Assembly: GCA_036833535.1 (NCBI GenBank)
Contig: DAITPO010000002.1
Span: forward strand, 36,687-100,686
Length of the DNA stretch: 64,000 nucleotides
Direction: 5' to 3'
From: Candidatus Acidiferrales bacterium
GTDB lineage: Bacteria; Acidobacteriota; Terriglobia; Acidiferrales; UBA7541
The first letter of the stretch is position 1; every line of letters starts with the position of its first letter. Shown piece by piece: positions 27,013 to 34,752 of the stretch. The notes under the pieces are model-generated. The model did no database searches. It was given only the letters and a program-made list of their open reading frames with translations, and had not been told where the DNA came from. The position numbers were made by a program, and so were the translations under genes.

Positions 27013-27106
27013 GTAGCACAGCCCACACTTGGCTGTGTGCTTTCTCGCCCGCGGCTATCATCGAATCAGAGGAACAGGCGGACACAGGCAGGAGTGCCTG
27101 TGCTAC
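27013..27106. repeat. Inverted doublet of GTAGCACAG-headed hairpin REPs (REPIN-like)
   Basis: GTAGCACAGCCcacacttGGCTGTGTGCT at 27013-27041 and GACACAGGCAggagTGCCTGTGCTAC at 27081-27106. The termini GTAGCACAG / CTGTGCTAC are perfect inverted repeats, with a ~39-nt spacer. Confidence 0.6.
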
Positions 27107-27157
27107 TGGCGCGAAGCGTTTGATACACTCTTTCGGCTTGAGTGCGGAGGAACGAGG

Positions 27158-28285
27158 ATGAATCGGAAGATGGGCAAATCGTTGGCAACGGGGCTGGGAT
27201 TCGCGGGCGCGCTGGCGTTCGCTTTTGCCGGAGGTCACGCAAGAGCGCAGGCTCCTGCGGGCGCCAAGCCGAAATCGACGCAGGAGCAGTTCAAGAATAT
27301 TCAGGTGCTCAAGGATTTGCCGGCCGATCAGCTTATTCCGGCGATGCAATTCATCGCCGCTTCTCTCGGCGTGGAATGCGAGTTCTGCCACGTGCAGGGA
27401 GCAATGGACAAGGACGACAAGCAGACCAAGAAGACGGCGCGCGAAATGATGTTGATGATGATGGCCATCAACAAGGAGAACTTTAAAGGCAATCGCGAAG
27501 TCACCTGCTTTACCTGCCATCGCGGCGCGAACGATCCGGTCGGCACGCCGATTATTTCCGACGAGCCGCCCAAGCCGGAAGCTGAGAATGAGGCGATCGC
27601 CGCGAAGCCGCTGCCGACGGCCGATGAGATTCTCGACAAATATCTGCAGGCTGTCGGCGGGCGCGAAGCGGTGGAGAAAATCACCAGCCGTGTCGAAAAG
27701 GCTTCGCTCTCCGTTCCCGGCGGGCCGGAAGTGCCGATCGATATCTTCGCCAAGGCGCCGGACAAGCGCATCTCGATGATGCACACGCGTGACGGCGACA
27801 GCATTACGGCATTCGACGGGCACCAGGGCTGGCTGAGCAATCCGGGCCGTCCGGTGCGGCCGATGACGGAGCAGGAAAGCAATGTGGCTGGCCTCGACGC
27901 ACAGTTGCACTTTGCCGCCGACGTGAAACAACTCTTCACCAGTTTTCTCGTGCGTCCGGCGGAAAAGATCGGCGAACACGAAGCCTATCTCGTGCGCGCG
28001 ATTAAGGAAGGCAAGCCGCCGGTACGGCTGTATTTCGACACCGAATCCGGGATGCTGGTGCGCATGATTCGTTACACCGAGACTCCGCTGGGGCGAAATC
28101 CGTCGCAAGTAGACTTCGCGGACTACCGCGTCGCGGACGGCGTCAAGATTCCCTATCGTTGGACGTTGGCGCGGCCGGGGCAGAGATTTACAATTCAAGT
28201 GAGCGAGGTGAAGCAGAACGTGCCGGTGGAGGATTCGCAGTTCGCGATGCCCGCGCCGCCTCCGGCTCCGCCGAAAGCGAATTAG
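27158..28285 (+). CDS. Dihaem c-type cytochrome (photosynthetic-reaction-centre cytochrome-c-subunit-like domain) with C-terminal beta-rich domain
   Basis: ORF 27029..28285. I place the start at the ATG after GGAGGAACGAGG. Signal peptide. CEFCH and CFTCH lie in the context LGVECEFCHVQGAMDKDDK...MMLMMMAINKENF...VTCFTCHRG. The upstream 43 codons translate REP hairpins. Confidence 0.75.
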   Translation: MNRKMGKSLATGLGFAGALAFAFAGGHARAQAPAGAKPKSTQEQFKNIQVLKDLPADQLIPAMQFIAASLGVECEFCHVQGAMDKDDKQTKKTAREMMLMMMAINKENFKGNREVTCFTCHRGANDPVGTPIISDEPPKPEAENEAIAAKPLPTADEILDKYLQAVGGREAVEKITSRVEKASLSVPGGPEVPIDIFAKAPDKRISMMHTRDGDSITAFDGHQGWLSNPGRPVRPMTEQESNVAGLDAQLHFAADVKQLFTSFLVRPAEKIGEHEAYLVRAIKEGKPPVRLYFDTESGMLVRMIRYTETPLGRNPSQVDFADYRVADGVKIPYRWTLARPGQRFTIQVSEVKQNVPVEDSQFAMPAPPPAPPKAN

Positions 28286-28338
28286 CAGGCGCGCTGCGCC
28301 GCGTGAATTTGTCTTAGTTAATTTGGAAGGAGAAAACC

Positions 28339-28740
28339 ATGGCCGAGAAAGTCCCCGAGAAGTTCGCCGATCTGTTTCAGAAGAAAGCGTTCGCCAATTT
28401 GGGCACGTTGATGCCGGATGGCAGCGTGCAGGTGACGCCCGTTTGGGTGGATTACGACGGGCAGTACGTGCGCGTCAATACGGCGCGCGGGAGGCAGAAG
28501 GACAAGAACATGAAGCGCGATCCGCGCGTGGCGCTGGCCATCGCCGATCCGGAGAATCCGTACCGCTATTTGGAAGTGCGCGGGCGCGTGGCGGAATTCA
28601 CCGAAAAAGGCGCGGACGAGCATATCAATTCGCTGTCGCAGAAATATTTGGGGCAGGCGGTTTATCCGTACCGGCAGCCTGGGGAAGTTCGCGTGATGTA
28701 TAAGATCACGCCGGAGCATTTCAGCACGATGGGTGGTTAG
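28339..28740 (+). CDS. PPOX-class (pyridoxamine 5-prime-phosphate oxidase-like) probable F420-dependent enzyme
   Basis: 133 aa: FANLGTLMPDGSVQVTPVWVDYDGQYVRVNTARGRQKDKNMKRDPRVALAIADPENPYRYLEVRG. Confidence 0.75.
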   Translation: MAEKVPEKFADLFQKKAFANLGTLMPDGSVQVTPVWVDYDGQYVRVNTARGRQKDKNMKRDPRVALAIADPENPYRYLEVRGRVAEFTEKGADEHINSLSQKYLGQAVYPYRQPGEVRVMYKITPEHFSTMGG

Positions 28741-28792
28741 TGGCTGAACTGGTTGCGCCGCGGTGGATTTTGAGATGTGGCGGGCGCTTGTG

Positions 28793-28825
28793 GTCGTAAG
28801 ATGCCGGCGGGGACGCCGGCGCTAC
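28793..28825 (-). repeat. R1 REP element
   Basis: Minus strand GTAGCGCCGGCGTCCCCGCCGGCATCTTACGAC. Its TAG (28824-28822) is the stop of the LytTR regulator gene. Confidence 0.8.
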
Positions 28826-29577
28826 TTAAGAAATTCGCGGAGGCGGGCGTAGCCGTTGCGGCTTACTGGAATTTTTGCGCCGTTGGTCAGGACTGCTACG
28901 TGGGTATCTTTTCCGTAGGGCTCGATTTTTGCCACTCGCTCTAAATTCACTATGAAAGAGCGATGGACGCGCAGGAACCGTGCTGGATCTAGGATTTTCT
29001 CAAGGCTCGAGATGGTTTGCTGCTTCAGGTGCTTTTTTCCTTCGGCGCAGAGCGAGACGTAGTCGTCTTGCGCTTCCGCGTAATCGAGCTTGCCTACTGC
29101 GATGATTTGCACGCGCGTTCCGTCTTTCACCACGATGCGCTCGGCAAATTGCGCGGGCGGGCGCGCTTCCGCGGCGAGATCTGCCGGAGCGGGGATTTTT
29201 CCGCCGAGACGCTCGCGGGCGCGCGTCAAGGCTGATTGCAGGCGGTCCGCTCCGAAGGGCTTCAGTAGATAGTCCACGGCGTGCGCTTCGAAAGCGCGAA
29301 TGGCGTATTGATCGTAAGCCGTAGTGAAAATGATGGCCATGTCGGTGCCGGTCAACTCGAGAACTTCGAAGCCATCGAGTTTGGGCATCTGGACGTCGAG
29401 GAATAGGAGATCGGGCTTCAGCTCGGCTACCGCTTTTACGGCTTCGAAGCCATTGGCACATTCGGCGGCGATTTCGATTTCTCCGTGGGCGCGAAGAAGT
29501 TCGCGGAGCATCTGGCGCGCCAGCTCTTCGTCATCGACGATCACTGCGCGGATTTTCGTTTGTGCGTCGCCGCTCAC
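28822..29577 (-). CDS. LytTR-family two-component response regulator
   Basis: Receiver domain IRAVIVDDEELARQMLRELL...DLLFLDVQMPKLDGFEVLE plus a C-terminal LytTR domain (FLRVHRSFIVNLERVAKIE). The GTG start overlaps the kinase TGA (GTGA). The upstream 56 codons of ORF 28822..29745 are rejected. Confidence 0.85.
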   Translation of the reverse strand: MSGDAQTKIRAVIVDDEELARQMLRELLRAHGEIEIAAECANGFEAVKAVAELKPDLLFLDVQMPKLDGFEVLELTGTDMAIIFTTAYDQYAIRAFEAHAVDYLLKPFGADRLQSALTRARERLGGKIPAPADLAAEARPPAQFAERIVVKDGTRVQIIAVGKLDYAEAQDDYVSLCAEGKKHLKQQTISSLEKILDPARFLRVHRSFIVNLERVAKIEPYGKDTHVAVLTNGAKIPVSRNGYARLREFLK

Positions 29578-30644
29578 AATGCGCTCGCCTTTCGTTCCGC
29601 CGGGAGCGTCATGCTCACGCGGAAAGCGTCGCCATCGCTGGTCGCATCCATGCGCGCGCGGCTGCCGAAGGCCGTTGCCAGCCTCCGGCGAACATTTTCC
29701 AGGCCGAGGCCGTTGCGGCGTTTCTTCGGCGCCTCGGCATCCCATTGGTTTTCCACGACGATTGCCAAGTTCTCGCCCTCAGGACGGATGACGAGGCGAA
29801 CCCAGCCGCCATCAACGAGATTCGAGATGCCGTGCACGACGGCGTTCTCGACCAGCGGCTGCAAGAGCAGCGGCGGCACCTGGCAATCCAGCGATTTTTC
29901 GTCCACTTGCTCCTGCATTTCGAGACGCGCGCCGAAGCGCACTTTTTCGACGCTTAGGAAGGATCGCACGAGAGCCAGCTCTTCTTCGAGCGGGATCAGA
30001 TGTTTTTCGCCGAGGCCCAATGTGCGGCGGAGGAAATCACCGAGCAGGATGCACATCTCGCGGGCCTTCGCAGGATCGGAACTGGTCAACGCACTGATGG
30101 AGTGAAGACTATTGAAGATGAAGTGCGGATTGACCTGCGCTTTCAGCGCGCGCAGCTCGGCATCGCGGGCGAAGACTTGCGCTTCAAGCGCGCGTTGCTC
30201 GGCGCGCCGCGAAGCCTCGATGGCTATGAGCACGTAGAAAAGTCCGACCGCAAGGAGATAGAACAACACTCCCAGAGCGAAAACGAGCGCGGTAATCTTC
30301 GCAACCTTCGGTTGCAGCGCGGTGAAATTGTTCAGGCGGGAGAGTCCCGAGCCGAGGGCGCGCGCCAACAGCACCCAAAAGCCGCCAGCGATGACCGCTC
30401 CGATTCCGTGCGCCACGACCAGCGATGAAATCCCAGATCGCTCCAGAGGATTTCCCCGGCAGGTGTACCAGGCGGAGAGGCACATAAAGGCGTAGAAGAG
30501 GCTCAGAGGCGCGACCAGCGCGATGGCTTCGCCCCAGCGGAATCCCGCGGTGGCTACAAAGAGATAGGCGACCAGGCCCGCGAGAGGAATCCACGCGAGG
30601 AGATAGAGCGTCAATCGCCGGAGATTGCCGAGAATTGGATGCAC
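29574..30644 (-). CDS. LytS/YehU-type membrane sensor histidine kinase
   Basis: About 5 N-terminal TM spans. It has the His_kinase motif VNPHFIFNSLHSISAL and an HATPase region (LLLQPLVENAVVHG...GLGLENVRRRL). Confidence 0.85.
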   Translation of the reverse strand: MHPILGNLRRLTLYLLAWIPLAGLVAYLFVATAGFRWGEAIALVAPLSLFYAFMCLSAWYTCRGNPLERSGISSLVVAHGIGAVIAGGFWVLLARALGSGLSRLNNFTALQPKVAKITALVFALGVLFYLLAVGLFYVLIAIEASRRAEQRALEAQVFARDAELRALKAQVNPHFIFNSLHSISALTSSDPAKAREMCILLGDFLRRTLGLGEKHLIPLEEELALVRSFLSVEKVRFGARLEMQEQVDEKSLDCQVPPLLLQPLVENAVVHGISNLVDGGWVRLVIRPEGENLAIVVENQWDAEAPKKRRNGLGLENVRRRLATAFGSRARMDATSDGDAFRVSMTLPAERKASAL

Positions 30645-30662
30645 TGGATGAGGCTCGCCGCG

Positions 30663-31412
30663 CTAGTTCTTGATGCCCACGCCGCCGAACATGGCGACGC
30701 CTTTCAGGATAAGCGTTTTCGCAGCGGGCGCGGCTGGATTCGGAACGGGCGACCGCGTCTCATCACCATAGCCGCCGAAAATTCCCATGCCGGAGACGAC
30801 AACGTGCCAAGTCTCGGGCACCTTGATTTCCCCTCCGCCGAAAAGCGCGTTCACTTCGATTACGGCTTCTGCGCCTTCGATGTCGGCCTGGCGGAGGTCC
30901 AGCTCGAAGCCGCCGAAAATCGCCAGGATACGCCCGCCGCGAAAATTCTTGGCTCCGATGCGATATTGGCCGCCGCCGAAAATGTTCACACTGTCGAGTT
31001 GTGCGTCCGACGATACCGACCCAGACTGCCTGCCTTGTAAGGTGGACCAAACCACATAGATCCCCAGCACGATCAGCGCGAACGGCCAAATGCGAAAGAA
31101 CCGGAATTGAGGGTAACCAAATTCTCCGACTAGGAGCAGTGCGCCGAAGAGAACCAACAGAGTGCCCCAGACGCGCTCCCCCGTCTCTTCGCCTTCACGC
31201 GGGCCAAATAGTTTCGTCAGGCCGATGATCACCAGAATGAGCGGCCACAGATGATAAAGCAGGTCGGAGGGGACCAATCCCTGGCGCTCGAGCAGAAAGA
31301 TGGCGCCGAGAGCAACGAGTACGATGCCGACGACCAAACTTCCGCCGCGGGAATGGCGGCCTTTGACGGTCATGCCAATCACTGTGCCATCGCGGTCTCT
31401 ATCTTCAGACAT
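30663..31412 (-). CDS. LiaF-like (cell-wall-active antibiotic response, DUF2154-like) membrane protein
   Basis: N-terminal TM spans. The C-terminal beta-rich block is FGGFELDLRQADIEGAEAVIEVNALFGGGEIKVPETWHVVVSGMGIFGG. Confidence 0.65.
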   Translation of the reverse strand: MSEDRDRDGTVIGMTVKGRHSRGGSLVVGIVLVALGAIFLLERQGLVPSDLLYHLWPLILVIIGLTKLFGPREGEETGERVWGTLLVLFGALLLVGEFGYPQFRFFRIWPFALIVLGIYVVWSTLQGRQSGSVSSDAQLDSVNIFGGGQYRIGAKNFRGGRILAIFGGFELDLRQADIEGAEAVIEVNALFGGGEIKVPETWHVVVSGMGIFGGYGDETRSPVPNPAAPAAKTLILKGVAMFGGVGIKN

Positions 31413-31445
31413 GGTTTCCTCCGTTCGCGCCGCTCAGTTCGATGG

Positions 31446-31694
31446 TCAATTCTTCGCGTTGCCGCCGACGGCCTTGGCGAGAACCAGGGTCACCAGCGCG
31501 ACGGGCACGAGCAGGATGCCCGCGTTCAGCAAGGACATGGCGAATTGCCCCGCGGCGACGCGCCAGATCGAGCCGACCGCTACACGCAGAATCCAAAAGG
31601 CGCTCTCCAGGTGGAGGTGAGCATACCCCAATCCGCCGGCCGCAAGCAGCAGCGCAAGCAGCGCAGGTCCCGCCCAAGTTCGCAGGTTTTTCAT
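31446..31694 (-). CDS. Small two-TM membrane protein
   Basis: ORF 31446..31745. I place the start at the Met (MKNLRTWAGPALLALLLAAGG...) preceded by GGGAGA. It heads the LiaF-like/LytS/LytTR gene string. Confidence 0.45.
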   Translation of the reverse strand: MKNLRTWAGPALLALLLAAGGLGYAHLHLESAFWILRVAVGSIWRVAAGQFAMSLLNAGILLVPVALVTLVLAKAVGGNAKN

Positions 31695-31918
31695 GATGTC
31701 TTCTCCCACTGTGAAATCATTGCCGAGAGTTGTTTCACTGTTCATGAGGCGAGGTTAGTCGCGGGCGTCGAACATGTCGTGGGGAAATCGGCGAGTGGCG
31801 GCTGGTTACCGGCGAATGGAGGATCGAGCGGGGAGGAAACCGGCAGCTTGGAGGACGCACGCAGAGCCGCCCCAGCGGCATATGGACAAGGTGCTGGCGG
31901 CGACCGGCGCGAAGTTGG

Positions 31919-32173
31919 TTAGCCGGCGGCTTTGAGACGCGCGAGTTGTGCGTCTAAGTCTTCGAGAGCGCGGAGCAGCAGGGTGCGATAGCGCGGTTCC
32001 GGATTGTTCTCGAGGTCACTCGCCACGCGCACGCGCGACAACTCGAGGACTTTCCTCTGACGAACTATGTCGATTTGTTCGGGTGAAAGATTCCGTGGGT
32101 TATTGTTTTTATGGGACTCGGAAGCGTCGTGGATCTGGGCGTCAACGGCTTTGCTTTCCCATCCTCTGGCCAT
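31919..32173 (-). CDS. Small conserved hypothetical protein (MARGWESK N-terminus)
   Basis: ORF 31919..32194. MARGWESKAVDAQ... matches a short protein type seen in many soil-bacterial genomes (from memory). The start is uncertain (32173 or 32194). Confidence 0.4.
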   Translation of the reverse strand: MARGWESKAVDAQIHDASESHKNNNPRNLSPEQIDIVRQRKVLELSRVRVASDLENNPEPRYRTLLLRALEDLDAQLARLKAAG

Positions 32174-32256
32174 GCATTGATTATATCGCGACATGGCTCA
32201 GTGCCGAATTTTTATCGGAGACGATTACGCATATCGAACGCGTCGCGCCGCAATGG

Positions 32257-33390
32257 CTAATGCACGTCGGCGTCGGTGCGAGCGTTGGAATTCTCCGCGA
32301 AGCACCAGTGGACGAAATCCGGCGTGAAACGGCTGGCGACGGAAGCGGGAATATCTTTTTCATTGAGCTTTCGGAATTCGAAGCCGATTCCGCCGTCGGC
32401 ATGCAGAGTGGCAGAAAGATAGCCATAGACGTTCGTCATTGCCGCGCGAGCGCCCGAACGGTCGTCGGGTAACGCATAACGAACCGCGCCCGCAGTGCCG
32501 ACAATCCAGCCGGGCAAGACTCCGCCATGCGCGCGCCAGCTCGGAGTGTTGTAAACATTTTCCATATAGTAGTGAGAATGGCTGGCGAGAACATAGATGC
32601 GCTTGTGAGCGTCGTTTTGCGCTCGAAGCAAATCCTGATAAACGCGCCGGCCGCTCTCTGTGCCGGTGGCAGATTCGTTCATGCTGTGGCCGGCGGATAT
32701 GCTGTCGGGCAGCGCCTCGTGCATGCCCACGACGATTGTCTTGACGGCGCTATTGGCATCATCGCGCGCCAGAACGCCTTCGAACCAGTTGATCTGCGCC
32801 GCGTCAAATTGTTCGGGCGTCGCGTTATCCATATTGATGAAATCTGCGCCCGCCATCATCCAGTGGTAGTAGGTCTTGAGGCGATAGTCTCGGGGATCGT
32901 CGCGAAGCCGCTGCTCGCGAAGAATGGGAGCATCAAGCCAATCGGCAATCTGGGGGATCAATTCGGCGCGGGTTTTCGGCGGACTGGTTTCGTGATTCCC
33001 GATGCCGAGAAAAACCGGAAGGTTTCCGAACGGCACGATCTGATTTTCGAGAAAGTCGGGCCAAGCGTTAGTCAGGTATGCGGAGATGGTCATGGGCTTG
33101 GCGAGGTGCTCAGGCTCGTGCTGCATATCTTCATCGAAGGTATAAATGGCGCGGAAGTCGCCGAGATGCCAGTAGAAGGCGGCTTGATCTGCGATCACTT
33201 TTGCAGCGATGCCGGGCATGACCACGTCGCCGCAATTGCGGGAATCGCCCGAGACGGCGAACCGCAGCGTCACCGGCGTATTGTCGGGGGCTTCGGCCGC
33301 GGAGATCGGCTCAACTCGCCAGCGGGCGCTTGAGACCGCAACTAAGAGCGAGACGATGGCGAGGCTGGCGACTCCTACTGCATATTTCAT
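32257..33390 (-). CDS. Metallophosphoesterase (secreted)
   Basis: Motifs AVSGDSRNCGD, HLGDF, GIGNHE, VGMHEAL and ASHSHYY. Signal peptide present. Confidence 0.8.
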   Translation of the reverse strand: MKYAVGVASLAIVSLLVAVSSARWRVEPISAAEAPDNTPVTLRFAVSGDSRNCGDVVMPGIAAKVIADQAAFYWHLGDFRAIYTFDEDMQHEPEHLAKPMTISAYLTNAWPDFLENQIVPFGNLPVFLGIGNHETSPPKTRAELIPQIADWLDAPILREQRLRDDPRDYRLKTYYHWMMAGADFINMDNATPEQFDAAQINWFEGVLARDDANSAVKTIVVGMHEALPDSISAGHSMNESATGTESGRRVYQDLLRAQNDAHKRIYVLASHSHYYMENVYNTPSWRAHGGVLPGWIVGTAGAVRYALPDDRSGARAAMTNVYGYLSATLHADGGIGFEFRKLNEKDIPASVASRFTPDFVHWCFAENSNARTDADVH

Positions 33391-33477
33391 TAGGGCTCCC
33401 AGGGACCTGCGACATTCTCTCGCTTGATGTCGCGTCGAGCAATACGGAATCGACTGATGGCGCGAGAGGGCCGAATT

Positions 33478-33504
33478 GCGGGCGGGCTAAAGACCCTCCC
33501 CTAC
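33478..33504 (-). repeat. GTAGGGG-headed GC-rich element
   Basis: Minus strand GTAGGGGAGGGTCTTTAGCCCGCCCGC. It shares its head (GTAGGGG) and tail (GCCCGCCC) with 54713-54748. Confidence 0.4.
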
Positions 33505-33603
33505 AAACAGCGCGGCACTGAATTTACTTTCGGTTTGGCCTGCATTGCGGTTTAATCCACATCTCGCTGAATCCGGCAGAATTGCTCAATCGAGAGGCCT
33601 CCA

Positions 33604-34752
33604 ATGCAGATTGCACCGTTTGAACTCGAGCGCTGGCAGTCGGTCTGGGAAAATCGCGTCGAGTTGAATATTTCCGAGAGCGGCGTCGAGCCGATGGTGA
33701 TCCGCGACCTGCTCGATGAACCCGCGGCGGCGGAAATGCTTCTCGGATTGCGGCTCGGCTATCCGCAGACCAACGGCACTGAAGAATTGCGCGGGCGCAT
33801 TGCGGCGCTGTATCCAGGAGCGCGCGCGGAGAATGCAATATTGACCGCGGGTTGCGCGGAGGCGAACTTTCTCGTGAGCTGGCTGCTGCTCGAGCCGGGC
33901 GATGAAGTTGTTTTCATGCTGCCGAACTACGTGCAGATTCAGGGCCTGGCGCAGGCTTTTGGCGCGACCGTAAAGCCGCTCTGGCTGCGCGAGAAACTTC
34001 GCTGGGCGCCGGACCTCGACGAGTTGCCGCGCTTGATCACCAACAAGACCAAGCTCATCGCTTTGTGCAATCCAAATAATCCAACCGGCGCGACGTTGAG
34101 CGCCGAGGCGTGCAAAGCGATCTGTGCGGCGGCGGCGAAAGTCGGCGCGTACGTTCTTGCGGATGAAGTTTATCGCGGCGCGGAACTCGAGGGCGAGACG
34201 ACTCCGAGCCTGTGGGGCGGCTACGATCGCCTGTTCTGCACCGGCGGGCTTTCAAAGGCCTATGGCTTGCCCGGCTTGCGCACCGGATGGATCATCGGAC
34301 CGCCAGCGATGATCGACAAACTTTGGACTTATCACGACTACGCGAGCATGGCGCCGACGATGCCGACCGAGCGGCTTGCTCTTCTGGCGCTCGAGCCGGC
34401 GCGCAATGCGCGCATCATCGCGCGCACCCGCGACATCGTTCGGCGGCACTATCCCATCATGCGTGATTGGGCCGCCAAGCACGAAGGATTGCTGACGCAC
34501 ATTCCGCCGCGCGCCGGAGCGATTGCCTGGTTCGGCTACAACACCGGATGGAACTCCGCCGAAATGGGAGAAGAGCTGCGCACGAAGAAGGGAGTGCTGA
34601 TCGTTCCCGGCGACCAACTCGGGATGGATTCCTATTTCCGCATCGGATTCGGAGGAGACGTCGCAGTATTGCAGAAGGCTCTCGGGCGAATCGATGAGTG
34701 GATGGCGGAAAAATCCAGCCGGCCGATGGCTAGCCGCGCTCCTTTGGCATGA
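33604..34752 (+). CDS. PLP-dependent aminotransferase, class I/II
   Basis: GGLSKAYGLPGLRTGW (Lys-PLP site), NPNNPTG, and family-typical length of 382 aa. Confidence 0.85.
   Translation: MQIAPFELERWQSVWENRVELNISESGVEPMVIRDLLDEPAAAEMLLGLRLGYPQTNGTEELRGRIAALYPGARAENAILTAGCAEANFLVSWLLLEPGDEVVFMLPNYVQIQGLAQAFGATVKPLWLREKLRWAPDLDELPRLITNKTKLIALCNPNNPTGATLSAEACKAICAAAAKVGAYVLADEVYRGAELEGETTPSLWGGYDRLFCTGGLSKAYGLPGLRTGWIIGPPAMIDKLWTYHDYASMAPTMPTERLALLALEPARNARIIARTRDIVRRHYPIMRDWAAKHEGLLTHIPPRAGAIAWFGYNTGWNSAEMGEELRTKKGVLIVPGDQLGMDSYFRIGFGGDVAVLQKALGRIDEWMAEKSSRPMASRAPLA

Noticed and set aside
26963-28198. 411-aa minus-strand ORF
   Set aside because: It is antisense to the dihaem cytochrome gene, which has clear CxxCH motifs and a signal peptide. 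The shadow ORF has no motifs.
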